Positions 1 through 9,609 of a stretch of 32,000 nucleotides of DNA are shown one piece after another. The notes beneath the pieces were generated by a model that did not search any database, was not told the origin of the DNA, and saw nothing but the letters and a program-made list of their open reading frames with translations. A program made the translations under genes and the position numbers. Positions within the stretch are counted from its first letter, which is position 1, and each line of letters starts with the position of its first letter. The stretch is from Aliivibrio fischeri ES114 (GTDB lineage: Bacteria > Pseudomonadota > Gammaproteobacteria > Enterobacterales > Vibrionaceae), in the NCBI RefSeq assembly GCF_000011805.1, contig NC_006840.2; one strand, 5' to 3'.

Positions 1-747
1 TGCGCCTTGAGGTAATGGTAGAGTCTTATCAAGCATATTAGTTGGGTGACCATTAATACGGTCGGCAAAACCTTGTTCTTTGGCATTTTTTAACGCCATT
101 TCGATTTGTTGTGGAAGGTCAATGATTGTTACTTCAACATCGTTATCGTAATTACAGCATTGTAGTGCCCATTTACCCGTGTTGCCGCCGATATCAAACA
201 AACGCTTTGGTTTTTGGCTTAATACTTTTTCTAATAAGATTGGGAACGAACGGTCAGAATAGAAGTGATCAAACTTAAACCAGCTCTCTTTGGCTTTTTC
301 TGGTAATCGAGACAAACCTTCATAAATCGTTGGCCAGTCACCTAACTCTTTTAAGCCGGCAGGTGTGCCTTCTTGAATTGCCTCTGTAAGATGCATCATA
401 GCGGCATAACAAACATCAGCTGTAAAGTCTAAGTTAGCGTTCGTCATCCCATCGTGTAATAAGAAGTGCCCAAGGTTCGCAAGAACATAGTTTGGTTTAT
501 TCCAAGTAACAATGTGCGCACTTAATGCCATATCAAGTAAGACTTTCACGCCATATTCAGATACACCCGTTTCTTGTGCTAATTGCTCAGCATCTAAACC
601 TTGATCTTGAGCTTTATCTAAAGCCGCTAGAATACCAAGATCTCTAAGCGTTCGAGCTGTATGAAAAACAATAGGAGCAAAAGAAAGTTTTTGAGCTTCT
701 GTTTTTGCTTCTAATGCGTTAAATGGGTCATTTTTATATTGAGTCAC
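1..747 (-). CDS. SAM-dependent methyltransferase (O-methyltransferase-like), C-terminus truncated by window edge
   Basis: Hand reading of the reverse complement gives an open frame from a GTG at 745-747 (VTQYKNDPFNALEAKTEAQKLSFAPIVFHTARTLRDLGIL...) to base 1. It contains a wHTH dimerisation-like N-terminus and a SAM-binding motif (RLFDIGGNTGKWALQ...VTIIDLPQQIEMA). Not listed in the ORF track because it runs off the edge. Confidence 0.8.
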   Translation of the reverse strand, partial: MTQYKNDPFNALEAKTEAQKLSFAPIVFHTARTLRDLGILAALDKAQDQGLDAEQLAQETGVSEYGVKVLLDMALSAHIVTWNKPNYVLANLGHFLLHDGMTNANLDFTADVCYAAMMHLTEAIQEGTPAGLKELGDWPTIYEGLSRLPEKAKESWFKFDHFYSDRSFPILLEKVLSQKPKRLFDIGGNTGKWALQCCNYDNDVEVTIIDLPQQIEMALKNAKEQGFADRINGHPTNMLDKTLPLPQGA

Positions 748-850
748 AGAGATTAACCATAGTTGAAGATAATAAAATGATCATATCAGTGGTATTGAGT
801 GAAACTTTGTTCAAAAGCAAGAAACCACTGATATATAAGAGAGAATGATA

Positions 851-1426
851 TTAATCGATTATATTTGATACGGTATTACCGTTAAATTCGACTTTAAAAG
901 TATTAAATCTATTTTTCCAATATAACCAATGATCGCTATTTAAATTAGGTGTTCTATGTTCTGGTGGGAAGCCGATGGCATATTTTACGCCTTCTTTTGT
1001 CATGCCTTTCTTAACCACACCTTCTTTTATTCCCTGCTGATCAAGTGCACTTAGTTTTTCTACTTTTTCAGTATTACACTCAGTACCGAAATAGTTGCTT
1101 AAGTATTTTGCAAAATCAGGAGATGATTTGTGTTTATCTAAAATATATTCTCTGCCACTACTATCAATTTTAAATGTAAGACGTTTAGTACTAACGTTGA
1201 CAATATCAACTTGAGTACAGAGAGGGATTAATCCATCTTGTTGAAAATTAACAGAATAAAGTTTTGAGCGAGTGTCGTCAGGGTGAAGGTTAACAAGAGT
1301 ATAAACGGGTTTATTGGTAAGAAATAAATCGTCACCCGTATTTTTGTCAGTAAGAGTCATGACACTCGCGCAACCCGATAAAATTATTAAACCGGAAGTC
1401 GCTAATAATGGTTTTAAAAATGACAT
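851..1426 (-). CDS. Putative lipoprotein with BamE/SmpA-like C-terminal segment
   Basis: 191 aa ORF, signal peptide with lipobox (IILSGCAS); the C-terminus GMTKEGVKYAIGFPPEHRTPNLNSDHWLYW resembles BamE-type folds (inference). Confidence 0.7.
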   Translation of the reverse strand: MSFLKPLLATSGLIILSGCASVMTLTDKNTGDDLFLTNKPVYTLVNLHPDDTRSKLYSVNFQQDGLIPLCTQVDIVNVSTKRLTFKIDSSGREYILDKHKSSPDFAKYLSNYFGTECNTEKVEKLSALDQQGIKEGVVKKGMTKEGVKYAIGFPPEHRTPNLNSDHWLYWKNRFNTFKVEFNGNTVSNIID

Positions 1427-1555
1427 GGTAGTCCTTTAAATTTCGCTATATATATTTATTTACCGTATGACTCGCATTAATCTATTTGCGCCAAGTCACT
1501 GAATTCATATATCCTATACGAGTAGGCTAACAAATTGTAATATTTTTACGACTAG

Positions 1556-2284
1556 ATGGATATCATGACATACGCAAATTTTAATATTATCGATTGGCAC
1601 GCAATTTCTGCAGGTTTGGATAGCAAAAATGCGTGGTTAGAATGGCGTGAAAATAATTTCACTTGGCCTGAAAATGAAAAAGCGCCAGTTGATAAAATAC
1701 CAGCAATGGCTCGAAGAAGAATGAGCTCGTTAAGTAAATTAGCCGTGCAAACCGCATTAACATTAGCGGAAGAAAATGACATTGATTATTTGGTGTTCTC
1801 TAGTCAACATGGTGAGTTAACTCGAACTGTCGCTCTTTTAGAAGATATTTTGAATGGAGATGATGCTTCTCCAATGGCTTTTTCTCAATCGGTTCATAAT
1901 ACTGCCGCAGGTCTATTTACCATCACGGCCAAAAAAGCCATTCCAGTTACTTCTATCGCTGCTGGGGAAAATACCTTTCATTCTGCGGTTGTTGAAGCCG
2001 CTGCGTACTTAGCTGAAAATCAAAATAACAAAGTTCTCATTATCGACTTTGACGAGCCTTTACCTTCTCATTACCAAGAGTTTGAAAAACAAAACTATCA
2101 AGGCTATGCAGTTGGCTTAATAATGAGCGCTGGTGACATTTTTTCTCTTCAATGGAACAATAAACCTACAATTAAACCTTCTGGATTGCCTCATGGGTTG
2201 CAATGTATAGCTAACTTAGTAGGATCACACTCTCAATGGATAACGGAGAGTTCTTCAAAACAATGGGTATGGAATCGAAAATAG
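1556..2284 (+). CDS. apeC: Beta-ketoacyl synthase-like chain length factor of aryl polyene cluster (start 1556 or 1565)
   Basis: 242 aa; N-terminal KS-like fold (SSQHGELTRTVALLEDIL...SPMAFSQSVHNTAAGLFTI) lacking the nucleophilic Cys at the expected place (TSIAAGENTF). First plus-strand gene of an APE-type gene order. Confidence 0.8.
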   Translation: MDIMTYANFNIIDWHAISAGLDSKNAWLEWRENNFTWPENEKAPVDKIPAMARRRMSSLSKLAVQTALTLAEENDIDYLVFSSQHGELTRTVALLEDILNGDDASPMAFSQSVHNTAAGLFTITAKKAIPVTSIAAGENTFHSAVVEAAAYLAENQNNKVLIIDFDEPLPSHYQEFEKQNYQGYAVGLIMSAGDIFSLQWNNKPTIKPSGLPHGLQCIANLVGSHSQWITESSSKQWVWNRK

Positions 2285-2288
2285 TCTT

Positions 2289-3086
2289 ATGACTTTACTT
2301 CAACGCACTGATAAATACTGGCGAATTTTAGCTACTGGGTTCTGTTTCTCTTTATTCGGAGTCGGTGCACTTTGCTTGACGTTTATTGTTTTTCCATTAC
2401 TTACATTTACTGTAAAAGATAAAAAACAACGAGAAGTTCGAGTGCAATCGATTATCCAACGTAGTTTTTTTATCTTTTGTAAAACAATGCACTATAGTCG
2501 TGCGATTAAGTATCAATTTGATGGTGCAGAGCTTCTTCAGAGTGACAGAAATTGCTTAATTGTCGCTAATCACCCAAGCTTAATAGATTATGTTTTAATT
2601 GCTTCACAATTGAAGCAATGCGATTGCATCGTAAAAGCAGCCTTATGGCATAATCCGTTTACACAAGGGATTGTCAGAGCTGCGGGGTACATTCCAAATC
2701 AAGAACCAGAAGCGTTTTTAGAAGAGTGTTCTGAAAAATTAAACTCAGGTAATGTATTGTTGGTTTTTCCTGAAGGAACGCGAACAACACCGGGTAAAAA
2801 ATCAAAACTTCAACGAGGTGCAGCGCAAATTGCGGTTCGTAGTCAAAGTGATATTCGTATTATTCATATCACAGTAACACCCAGCTTTTTAACTAAAGAA
2901 GCAAAGTGGTATCAAGTTCCTGATGTTCGCCCTTTCTTTCATTTACAAGTGAAAGAGAGAGTCGCCATCACTCCATTTATCGAAGACGCTGACTCTTCAT
3001 CTTCAGCGGCTCGAAATGTAAATCGATTTTTAGATACAGCTTTGTATCCACAAAATGAAGTCAACACATCAAAAGAAAATAAGTAG
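2289..3086 (+). CDS. apeD: 1-acyl-glycerol-3-phosphate acyltransferase family protein
   Basis: LPLAT motifs: VANHPSLIDYVLI (NHxxxxD-type) and FPEGTRTTPG. Confidence 0.88.
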   Translation: MTLLQRTDKYWRILATGFCFSLFGVGALCLTFIVFPLLTFTVKDKKQREVRVQSIIQRSFFIFCKTMHYSRAIKYQFDGAELLQSDRNCLIVANHPSLIDYVLIASQLKQCDCIVKAALWHNPFTQGIVRAAGYIPNQEPEAFLEECSEKLNSGNVLLVFPEGTRTTPGKKSKLQRGAAQIAVRSQSDIRIIHITVTPSFLTKEAKWYQVPDVRPFFHLQVKERVAITPFIEDADSSSSAARNVNRFLDTALYPQNEVNTSKENK

Positions 3087-3093
3087 GCCATTG

Positions 3094-3351
3094 ATGGAAG
3101 TATTACACAACGAAATTAAACAATTAATTATTGACGCTCTTAACCTAGAAGATATCTCTGTTGATGATATTGAAACCGAGGCACCGCTATTTGGTGACGG
3201 CTTGGGCTTAGATTCTATCGATGCTCTAGAGTTAGGTTTAGCAATTAAGAAAAAGTACAACTTAGTGTTAGATGCTGACGATACTCAAACTCGTGAACAT
3301 TTTGCGTCAGTAGCAAACCTAGCCGCTTACATTAATGCAAACAAAGCGTAA
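3094..3351 (+). CDS. apeE: Acyl carrier protein 1
   Basis: Small acidic protein with phosphopantetheine motif GLGLDSIDALEL; track ORF begins at 3055 but MEVLHNEI at 3094 (or TTG 3091) is the likelier start after the upstream stop. Confidence 0.88.
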   Translation: MEVLHNEIKQLIIDALNLEDISVDDIETEAPLFGDGLGLDSIDALELGLAIKKKYNLVLDADDTQTREHFASVANLAAYINANKA

Positions 3352-3362
3352 GAGAGTAAATA

Positions 3363-3620
3363 ATGACAGACGTAAATAAAGAGCAAGTATTAGAGCAAGT
3401 AACTTCTGCATTAGTTGAACTGTTTGAAATTGATGAAGCAGATATTACCCCAGAAGCTCAGCTGTATACTGACCTTGATTTAGATAGTATCGATGCTGTC
3501 GATCTTGTTGTTCATTTGCAGAAAGTGACGGGTAAAAAAATCAAACCAGAAGAGTTCAAAGAAGTTCGTACTGTTGACGATGTAGTTAATTCTGTAGCTG
3601 CACTGTTAAAAGGCGAATAA
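3363..3620 (+). CDS. apeF: Acyl carrier protein 2
   Basis: 85 aa with LDLDSIDAVDLVVHLQ phosphopantetheine attachment motif. Confidence 0.9.
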   Translation: MTDVNKEQVLEQVTSALVELFEIDEADITPEAQLYTDLDLDSIDAVDLVVHLQKVTGKKIKPEEFKEVRTVDDVVNSVAALLKGE

Positions 3621-4180
3621 TGCGTTGGCTGACAGCGCTGTCAGCCATTGCACTCTTAGCATATCCGCTAGCGGTCTACTATGGTCTCCATTTTGGTGGA
3701 ATAAAGACAGTAGCAGGCGTACTAGCGGTGTTGTTTTTAGTGCGTATGGTCGGTGGTAAACAAGTACCGATAAAAGAACTCAAATACATCGCTATTATCA
3801 GTGGTGGAGCAGGGATAATTCTTGCTTCTCTTGGTTGGATATTCAAAACCGAAGGCTGGTTTACCTTCTATCCTGTAATAGTCAATGTCGTTATGTTCGT
3901 TATGTTTTTTTGGAGTTTATTTCAATCCCAAAGCATGATTGAACGTTTTGCTCGTCTACAAGAACCTGATTTACCTGAAAGTGGCGTTAAGTACACCAGA
4001 ACCGTAACTAAAATTTGGTGTGTATTTTTTATTATTAATGGCTCTATCTCTTTTTCTACCTGTTTCATGGATATGAAGATGTGGATGCTATACAACGGAT
4101 TTATTAGCTACTTGCTTATTGGAACTTTGTTCATAAGCGAATGGTTAGTGCGCCAATGGATAAGAAAAAAAGAAGTATGA
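3620..4180 (+). CDS. apeG: COG4648-type integral membrane protein of APE cluster
   Basis: 186 aa with multiple hydrophobic helices between ACPs and AMP ligase; start overlaps apeF stop. Confidence 0.8.
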   Translation: MRWLTALSAIALLAYPLAVYYGLHFGGIKTVAGVLAVLFLVRMVGGKQVPIKELKYIAIISGGAGIILASLGWIFKTEGWFTFYPVIVNVVMFVMFFWSLFQSQSMIERFARLQEPDLPESGVKYTRTVTKIWCVFFIINGSISFSTCFMDMKMWMLYNGFISYLLIGTLFISEWLVRQWIRKKEV

Positions 4181-5544
4181 AAACAGTCTCTCTTTCGCAA
4201 TTAGTATTACAAGATAAAACAGACCACACGGTGTGTTTTGATGAGCAGCACTCATATATTTCTTATTCTCAATTTCAAAAAGACGTTCAGAAAGCGTGTG
4301 CCTTTTTTCAGCAGCAACCTCACACTAAGTGGGCATTGTGTTTTGATGACAGCTATTATTTTTCGGTTACTTTTCTTGCATTAGCCCATGCGGGTAAACA
4401 CCTTATTCTTCTAGGTAATCATCAACCAGCGGCATTGGCCGAATTATCTCAGCATTTTGATGCCTTAATTCATGATGACATTATTAAAGTGATGCCATGC
4501 AGTGAGCATGTTGCCTATCATGATATAAAAAGTGACCATTTAGCTACATTATCACCACTTCCTCTTCATGAGGTTGAGCTTACTTTATTTACTTCTGGCT
4601 CAACTGATACACCCAAGCCCATTGCTAAAAACCTTCAATTACTTGATAACGAAATTCAACAATTAGACTGTTTATGGGGTGAAAAACTCGGACAAAGTGA
4701 CATTTACAGCACCGTATCACACCAACATATCTATGGTTTATTATTTAGAGTGTTGTGGCCATTAACGGCTGGTCGTGCCTTTAGTCGCCATAACTTTATC
4801 TACCCAGAGCAGATTTTATCTCATCGACCAGATGATAAAAAAACGCTTATTTCTAGTCCCGCATTGCTTAAGCGCTTGGTTGATCACGAAGGGTACAATG
4901 GCTATCAGATGGTTTTCTCTTCCGGCGGACCTCTTGCTATTGAAGGGGCTGAGCAAAGTGAGAAAAAACTCTCACTGCGTCCATTTGAAGTTTATGGTAG
5001 TACAGAAACAGGTGGTATTGGCTACCGTCAGCAGTTTGAACCAAGCTCTTTATGGTGCTTCTTTCCTTCTCATCAAGCTCGTTTAAACATTGAACATTGC
5101 TTAGAATTGCTTTCTCCATTTATTGATGACGAAGAGTGGTACGCGACGAGCGATTACTGTGATTTGCTTGCTAATGGTCAGTTTGTTCTAAAAGGTCGCG
5201 TCGATCGCGTGATCAAAATTGAAGAAAAGCGCCTCTCTTTAACGGAAGTTGAAAAACGATTAATGCAGTTAGAGTGGATTAATGAAGCGGCAGTGATCCC
5301 GATGGAAGAAGAAAAACGCACCGTATTGGGCGCAGTGATTGTTCTATCAGAAGCAGGAACTAAACTAATGGAGCAGGGCTCTAAGGGTAAGTTTTGGTTG
5401 AGATTACGCTCAGAATTACGTGAATGGTTAGAGCCTGTTGGTATTCCTCGTCGTTTTAGAACTGTTAGTGAAATTCCATTAAATAGCCAAGGTAAACGTC
5501 AAATGCACGATTTAAAGCAGCTATTTAATGATGCGAATAATTAA
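4177..5544 (+). CDS. apeH: AMP-dependent synthetase/ligase (acyl-ACP/CoA ligase)
   Basis: Adenylate-forming motifs LTLFTSGSTDTPKP and EVYGSTETGGIGYRQ, GQFVLKGRVDRVIKIEEKRLSL. Start at 4177 forms an ATGA overlap with apeG. Confidence 0.88.
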   Translation: MKTVSLSQLVLQDKTDHTVCFDEQHSYISYSQFQKDVQKACAFFQQQPHTKWALCFDDSYYFSVTFLALAHAGKHLILLGNHQPAALAELSQHFDALIHDDIIKVMPCSEHVAYHDIKSDHLATLSPLPLHEVELTLFTSGSTDTPKPIAKNLQLLDNEIQQLDCLWGEKLGQSDIYSTVSHQHIYGLLFRVLWPLTAGRAFSRHNFIYPEQILSHRPDDKKTLISSPALLKRLVDHEGYNGYQMVFSSGGPLAIEGAEQSEKKLSLRPFEVYGSTETGGIGYRQQFEPSSLWCFFPSHQARLNIEHCLELLSPFIDDEEWYATSDYCDLLANGQFVLKGRVDRVIKIEEKRLSLTEVEKRLMQLEWINEAAVIPMEEEKRTVLGAVIVLSEAGTKLMEQGSKGKFWLRLRSELREWLEPVGIPRRFRTVSEIPLNSQGKRQMHDLKQLFNDANN

Positions 5545-5557
5545 AAAAGATTAGATT

Positions 5558-5932
5558 ATGATAAAACGTAAGCCAAGTATCCTTACAACAAAAGATATCT
5601 CAGTAAATGAAGCGCAACCAAGTGTGCTTATTTGTATGCGTGTGGATGATGATATCTTAGACTTCACCGGACACTTTCCAAATCATCCTTTGTTACCCGG
5701 TGTTACTCAAGTTGATTGGGCTATTCATTATGCGAAACATTACCTTAATGCGCATTCAAACTTTAAAGGAATGGAAGTACTTAAGTTTCAAGAACCTATT
5801 TTACCGAATATGGAAATAGAACTTGAGCTTAAATGGGATATTGAGAAGAGTAAGCTGTATTTTACTTACCGCTCAAATAAAGGCGATACGGTAAGCAATC
5901 ATGCTTCTGGTCGTATTGTGTTAGGAGCGTAA
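5558..5932 (+). CDS. apeI: 3-hydroxyacyl-ACP dehydratase family (hotdog) protein
   Basis: FTGHFPNHPLLPGVTQVDWAIHYA is a FabZ/FabA-type hotdog active-site region. Confidence 0.85.
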   Translation: MIKRKPSILTTKDISVNEAQPSVLICMRVDDDILDFTGHFPNHPLLPGVTQVDWAIHYAKHYLNAHSNFKGMEVLKFQEPILPNMEIELELKWDIEKSKLYFTYRSNKGDTVSNHASGRIVLGA

Positions 5933-5934
5933 TC

Positions 5935-7626
5935 ATGACTAACTTTCGCCCTTGTTTTTTAATTCCTTGTTATAACCATGGTAAAACCATTCCTGCCGTT
6001 GTTGAATCATTGATGTCGTATGGTTATCCAATGATCATCGTTGATGATGGCAGTGAGAATGAAACAAAGCGTATTTTAGAAGAAGTAACTCAACATAATG
6101 AGTCAATTACCTTAATCACATTGGCTGAAAACCAAGGTAAAGGTGGGGCTGTGATTGCTGGTATCGAAAAAGCCTATCAGCAGAGTTACAGTCATGCGAT
6201 TCAAATTGATGCTGATGGTCAACATGATCTCGAAGCGCTACCTAAATTAATCGCTGAATCTCAAGAACACCCAACGGCACTGATTTCTGGACAGCCTATT
6301 TACGATGAGAGTGTACCTAAATCTCGTTTGTATGGTCGCTATGCTACGCATATTTGGGTGTGGATTGAGACACTTTCTTTTACCATTAAAGACAGTATGT
6401 GTGGTTTCCGCTCTTATCCTATCGGTCCAACGATTAACGTATTAGAGCGAGCGGTGCTTGGCCGACGAATGGATTTTGATACCGAAATCATGGTTCGTAT
6501 GTACTGGAATGAAACCGATATTCGCTTCATCAATACTCGTGTTATTTACCCAGAGGATGGCATTTCTCATTTTGATGCATTATGGGATAACGTGAAAATC
6601 AGTTGGATGCATACCAAATTATTTTTTGGCATGCTGCCTCGTATTCCGTCATTACTAAAACGTAAACCTGTTCAAGAAGATCATTGGTCGTCTCATGCTG
6701 AGCGCGGTACGATTTTAGGTATTCAATTTTTACTTTGGATCTATTCAACGTTTGGTCGCAAGGTATTTTCACTATTACTCAAACCAGTCATGGCTTATTA
6801 CTACCTACGTGGTGGTTCAGTCAAAGACGCTTCTGATGATTTCATTCAACAGGTAAATGCTTATGCTCGAATTAAAGGCATTCAATTACCTGAAAAGCTA
6901 ACCACTTATCGTCATTTGGTCTCTTTTGGTGAAACCATGTTAGATAAGCTTGCGGCATGGCGTGGTGATTTTTCAGATAAAAACTTAACGGTTCATGGTA
7001 TTGAGCATTATCAAACATTAGCTCAGCGTGAAAAAGGCATTGTATTATTGGGTTCTCATTTAGGAAATCTAGAACTATGTCGTGCGCTTAGCCGTCGTCA
7101 TACTCACCTGAAGATTAATGCGTTAGTTTTTACTGAGCATGCAGAGCGTTTTAATACGGTAATGAAAACCGTTAATCCGCAATCAGAAGTGAATGTTATT
7201 CAGGTGTCTAAAATAGGGCCAGATACCGCCATTTTATTGCAGCAAAAAATTGATGATGGTGAGTGGATTGTTATCGTTGGTGATAGAACGTCAGTCACTA
7301 AAGAGAATCGAGTGATTTGGGCTGATTTTCTTGGTAAGCCTGCGCCATTTCCTCAAGGGCCATTTATGTTGGCCTCTATTTTAAAGCAACCAGTATATTT
7401 AATGTTTGGGCTTCGTGACGATACACAAAAAGATCCGTTGTTTGATGTGTATTTAGAACCGTTTTCTGAACAAATCATATTACCTCGTGGTAAGCGAGAA
7501 GAGGCTTTGCAAGAAGTCGTACAAAATTATGCTCAACGTCTAGAGCATTTCACATTAAAAGCACCATCACAATGGTATAACTTTTTTAATTTTTGGCAGT
7601 TAACTGGAAAGAAAGATGACAACTAA
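5935..7626 (+). CDS. apeJ: Bifunctional GT2 glycosyltransferase / lipid A-type acyltransferase
   Basis: N-terminal GT2 (FLIPCYNHGKTIPAVVESL, IQIDADGQHD) and C-terminal LpxL-like domain (HGIEHY...LLGSHLGNLELCRAL...VGDRTSVTKENR...AKPAPFPQGPFMLA-like region). Confidence 0.88.
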   Translation: MTNFRPCFLIPCYNHGKTIPAVVESLMSYGYPMIIVDDGSENETKRILEEVTQHNESITLITLAENQGKGGAVIAGIEKAYQQSYSHAIQIDADGQHDLEALPKLIAESQEHPTALISGQPIYDESVPKSRLYGRYATHIWVWIETLSFTIKDSMCGFRSYPIGPTINVLERAVLGRRMDFDTEIMVRMYWNETDIRFINTRVIYPEDGISHFDALWDNVKISWMHTKLFFGMLPRIPSLLKRKPVQEDHWSSHAERGTILGIQFLLWIYSTFGRKVFSLLLKPVMAYYYLRGGSVKDASDDFIQQVNAYARIKGIQLPEKLTTYRHLVSFGETMLDKLAAWRGDFSDKNLTVHGIEHYQTLAQREKGIVLLGSHLGNLELCRALSRRHTHLKINALVFTEHAERFNTVMKTVNPQSEVNVIQVSKIGPDTAILLQQKIDDGEWIVIVGDRTSVTKENRVIWADFLGKPAPFPQGPFMLASILKQPVYLMFGLRDDTQKDPLFDVYLEPFSEQIILPRGKREEALQEVVQNYAQRLEHFTLKAPSQWYNFFNFWQLTGKKDDN

Positions 7627-9151
7627 TTCAATTACATTTGGTAAAGGACGTCTGACAATTGAAGACGTTGTTGATATTGCAAATGGTGCAAATGCACAAC
7701 TTAATAATTCTGATGAATTCACTGCCAAAATTGACCGTGGTGTTGAGTTTTTAGAACGTTTATTAAAAGAAGAAGGCGTGATCTATGGTGTAACAACGGG
7801 TTATGGTGACTCTTGTACTGTAGCAATCCCAATGGATTTAGTGGATGAATTACCGCTGCATTTAACTCGTTTTCACGGTTGTGGTTTAGGCGAAAACTTA
7901 GATGAACAACAAGCACGTGCTGTATTAGCGACTCGCTTATGCTCTTTATCACAAGGGGTATCGGGTGTGACTCATGATCTGCTTAATCAAATCGTGACTC
8001 TAATTAATCACGGCGTATCTCCACGTATTCCTCAAGAAGGTTCTGTGGGTGCAAGTGGTGATTTAACGCCATTATCTTATCTTGCTGCTGCCCTTATTGG
8101 TGAGCGTGAAGTGATTTATAAAGGTGAAATCCGTGCAACTGCAGATGTATTTAAAGAGCTAAATATCACACCAATCAAGCTTAAACCAAAAGAAGGTTTG
8201 GCTTTAATGAATGGTACATCAGTGATGACAGCGTTAGCGTGTTTAGCATATAAGCGTGCTGAGTACTTAGCGCAAATGGCAACTAAGATCACCGCAATGG
8301 TATCGGTAGGGATGCAAGGTAATGACTTCCACTTTGATGAAGCGTTATTTGCGGTGAAACCACATCCAGGCCAACAACAAATTGCTGCTTGGTTACGTTC
8401 TGATTTACATAACGAAACACCACCAAGAAACAGTGATCGTCTGCAAGACCGTTACTCACTTCGTTGTGCTCCACATGTGATTGGTGTACTTCAAGATAGC
8501 CTACCGTTCTTGCGTCAAATGATTGAAAATGAATTAAACAGTGCGAACGATAACCCAATTATCGATGGTGATAATGAGCGTGTTCTTCACGGTGGTCATT
8601 TCTATGGTGGTCATATTGCAATGGCAATGGACATGCTAAAAACCGCAGTAGCAAATATTGCTGATTTATTAGATCGCCAAATGGCACAGCTAATGGATTA
8701 CAAATTCAATAACGGTTTACCATTTAACCTGACGGGGTCAACAGGGGCTCGTAAACCAATTAACCATGGCTTTAAAGCGGTTCAGATTGGTATTTCAGCA
8801 TGGACAGCAGAAGCGCTTAAAGGAACAATGCCTGCAAGTGTTTTCTCACGTTCAACAGAATGTCATAACCAAGATAAAGTGAGCATGGGTACGATTGCCT
8901 CTCGTGATTGTTTACGTGTTTTACAGTTAACAGAGCAAGTGACATCAGCTTCATTATTAGCGGCAACTCAAGCGTTAGTATTGCGTGAAAAGCAAGGTGA
9001 GCTTGATGATACTCAGTTAAGTAAAGAGCTTAAAACCATGCGTGATGCGGTATTAAGTGAATTTGCTTTTGTCGATGAAGACCGACCATTAGAGAACGAT
9101 TTACGTAACTTTATGGCGAAGATTCAGCAACAGCACTGGACACTATACTAA
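7616..9151 (+). CDS. Aromatic amino acid ammonia-lyase (HAL/TAL/PAL family)
   Basis: 511 aa; MIO-forming ASG triad in GSVGASGDLTPLSYLAAALIG; YGVTTGYGDSC; NPIIDGD; start overlaps the end of the preceding gene. Confidence 0.92.
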   Translation: MTTNSITFGKGRLTIEDVVDIANGANAQLNNSDEFTAKIDRGVEFLERLLKEEGVIYGVTTGYGDSCTVAIPMDLVDELPLHLTRFHGCGLGENLDEQQARAVLATRLCSLSQGVSGVTHDLLNQIVTLINHGVSPRIPQEGSVGASGDLTPLSYLAAALIGEREVIYKGEIRATADVFKELNITPIKLKPKEGLALMNGTSVMTALACLAYKRAEYLAQMATKITAMVSVGMQGNDFHFDEALFAVKPHPGQQQIAAWLRSDLHNETPPRNSDRLQDRYSLRCAPHVIGVLQDSLPFLRQMIENELNSANDNPIIDGDNERVLHGGHFYGGHIAMAMDMLKTAVANIADLLDRQMAQLMDYKFNNGLPFNLTGSTGARKPINHGFKAVQIGISAWTAEALKGTMPASVFSRSTECHNQDKVSMGTIASRDCLRVLQLTEQVTSASLLAATQALVLREKQGELDDTQLSKELKTMRDAVLSEFAFVDEDRPLENDLRNFMAKIQQQHWTLY

Positions 9152-9162
9152 GGTTAAATGTT

Positions 9163-9609
9163 GTGACTAATACAAATGAAGCTAAGCCAGTGAATGTATT
9201 AAGCGCAGAAGTGATGATCACAACCGCCTTTCAGGATGCGGATCCGATGGGAGTTGTGTATCACGGTAATTATTTCCGATTTTTTGAAAAAGCACGTCAT
9301 GAAATGCTTGAAAAAATCGGTTATAGCTACCGAGATATGATGGCGTCAGGCTATGTTTGGCCCATCATTGACACTCGTGTTAAGTACGTTAAATCCATTC
9401 CTTACGATCATAAGATCCGAGTGGAAGCGACACTAACGGAATGGGAAAACCGCATGCGTGTTGATTATGTTATCTATGATGCAGAAACCAACGTACGAAT
9501 GACTAAAGCCCATACAATGCAAGTAGCGGTAAGCATAGAAACTGAAGAAATGTGCTTTGTTTCTCCTCGTATATTTACCGATAAAGTAGAGGCTTATCAT
9601 AATGCTTAA
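9163..9609 (+). CDS. apeK: Acyl-CoA thioesterase, 4-hydroxybenzoyl-CoA thioesterase-like hotdog fold (GTG start)
   Basis: DADPMGVVYHGNYFRFFEKARHEMLE is the characteristic D..GVV.H..Y..FFE.AR motif. Confidence 0.88.
   Translation: MTNTNEAKPVNVLSAEVMITTAFQDADPMGVVYHGNYFRFFEKARHEMLEKIGYSYRDMMASGYVWPIIDTRVKYVKSIPYDHKIRVEATLTEWENRMRVDYVIYDAETNVRMTKAHTMQVAVSIETEEMCFVSPRIFTDKVEAYHNA

Noticed and set aside
7719-8558. Minus-strand ORFs 7719-7952 and 8289-8558 inside the ammonia-lyase gene
   Set aside because: Antisense to a full-length, well-conserved coding frame with no domain support.
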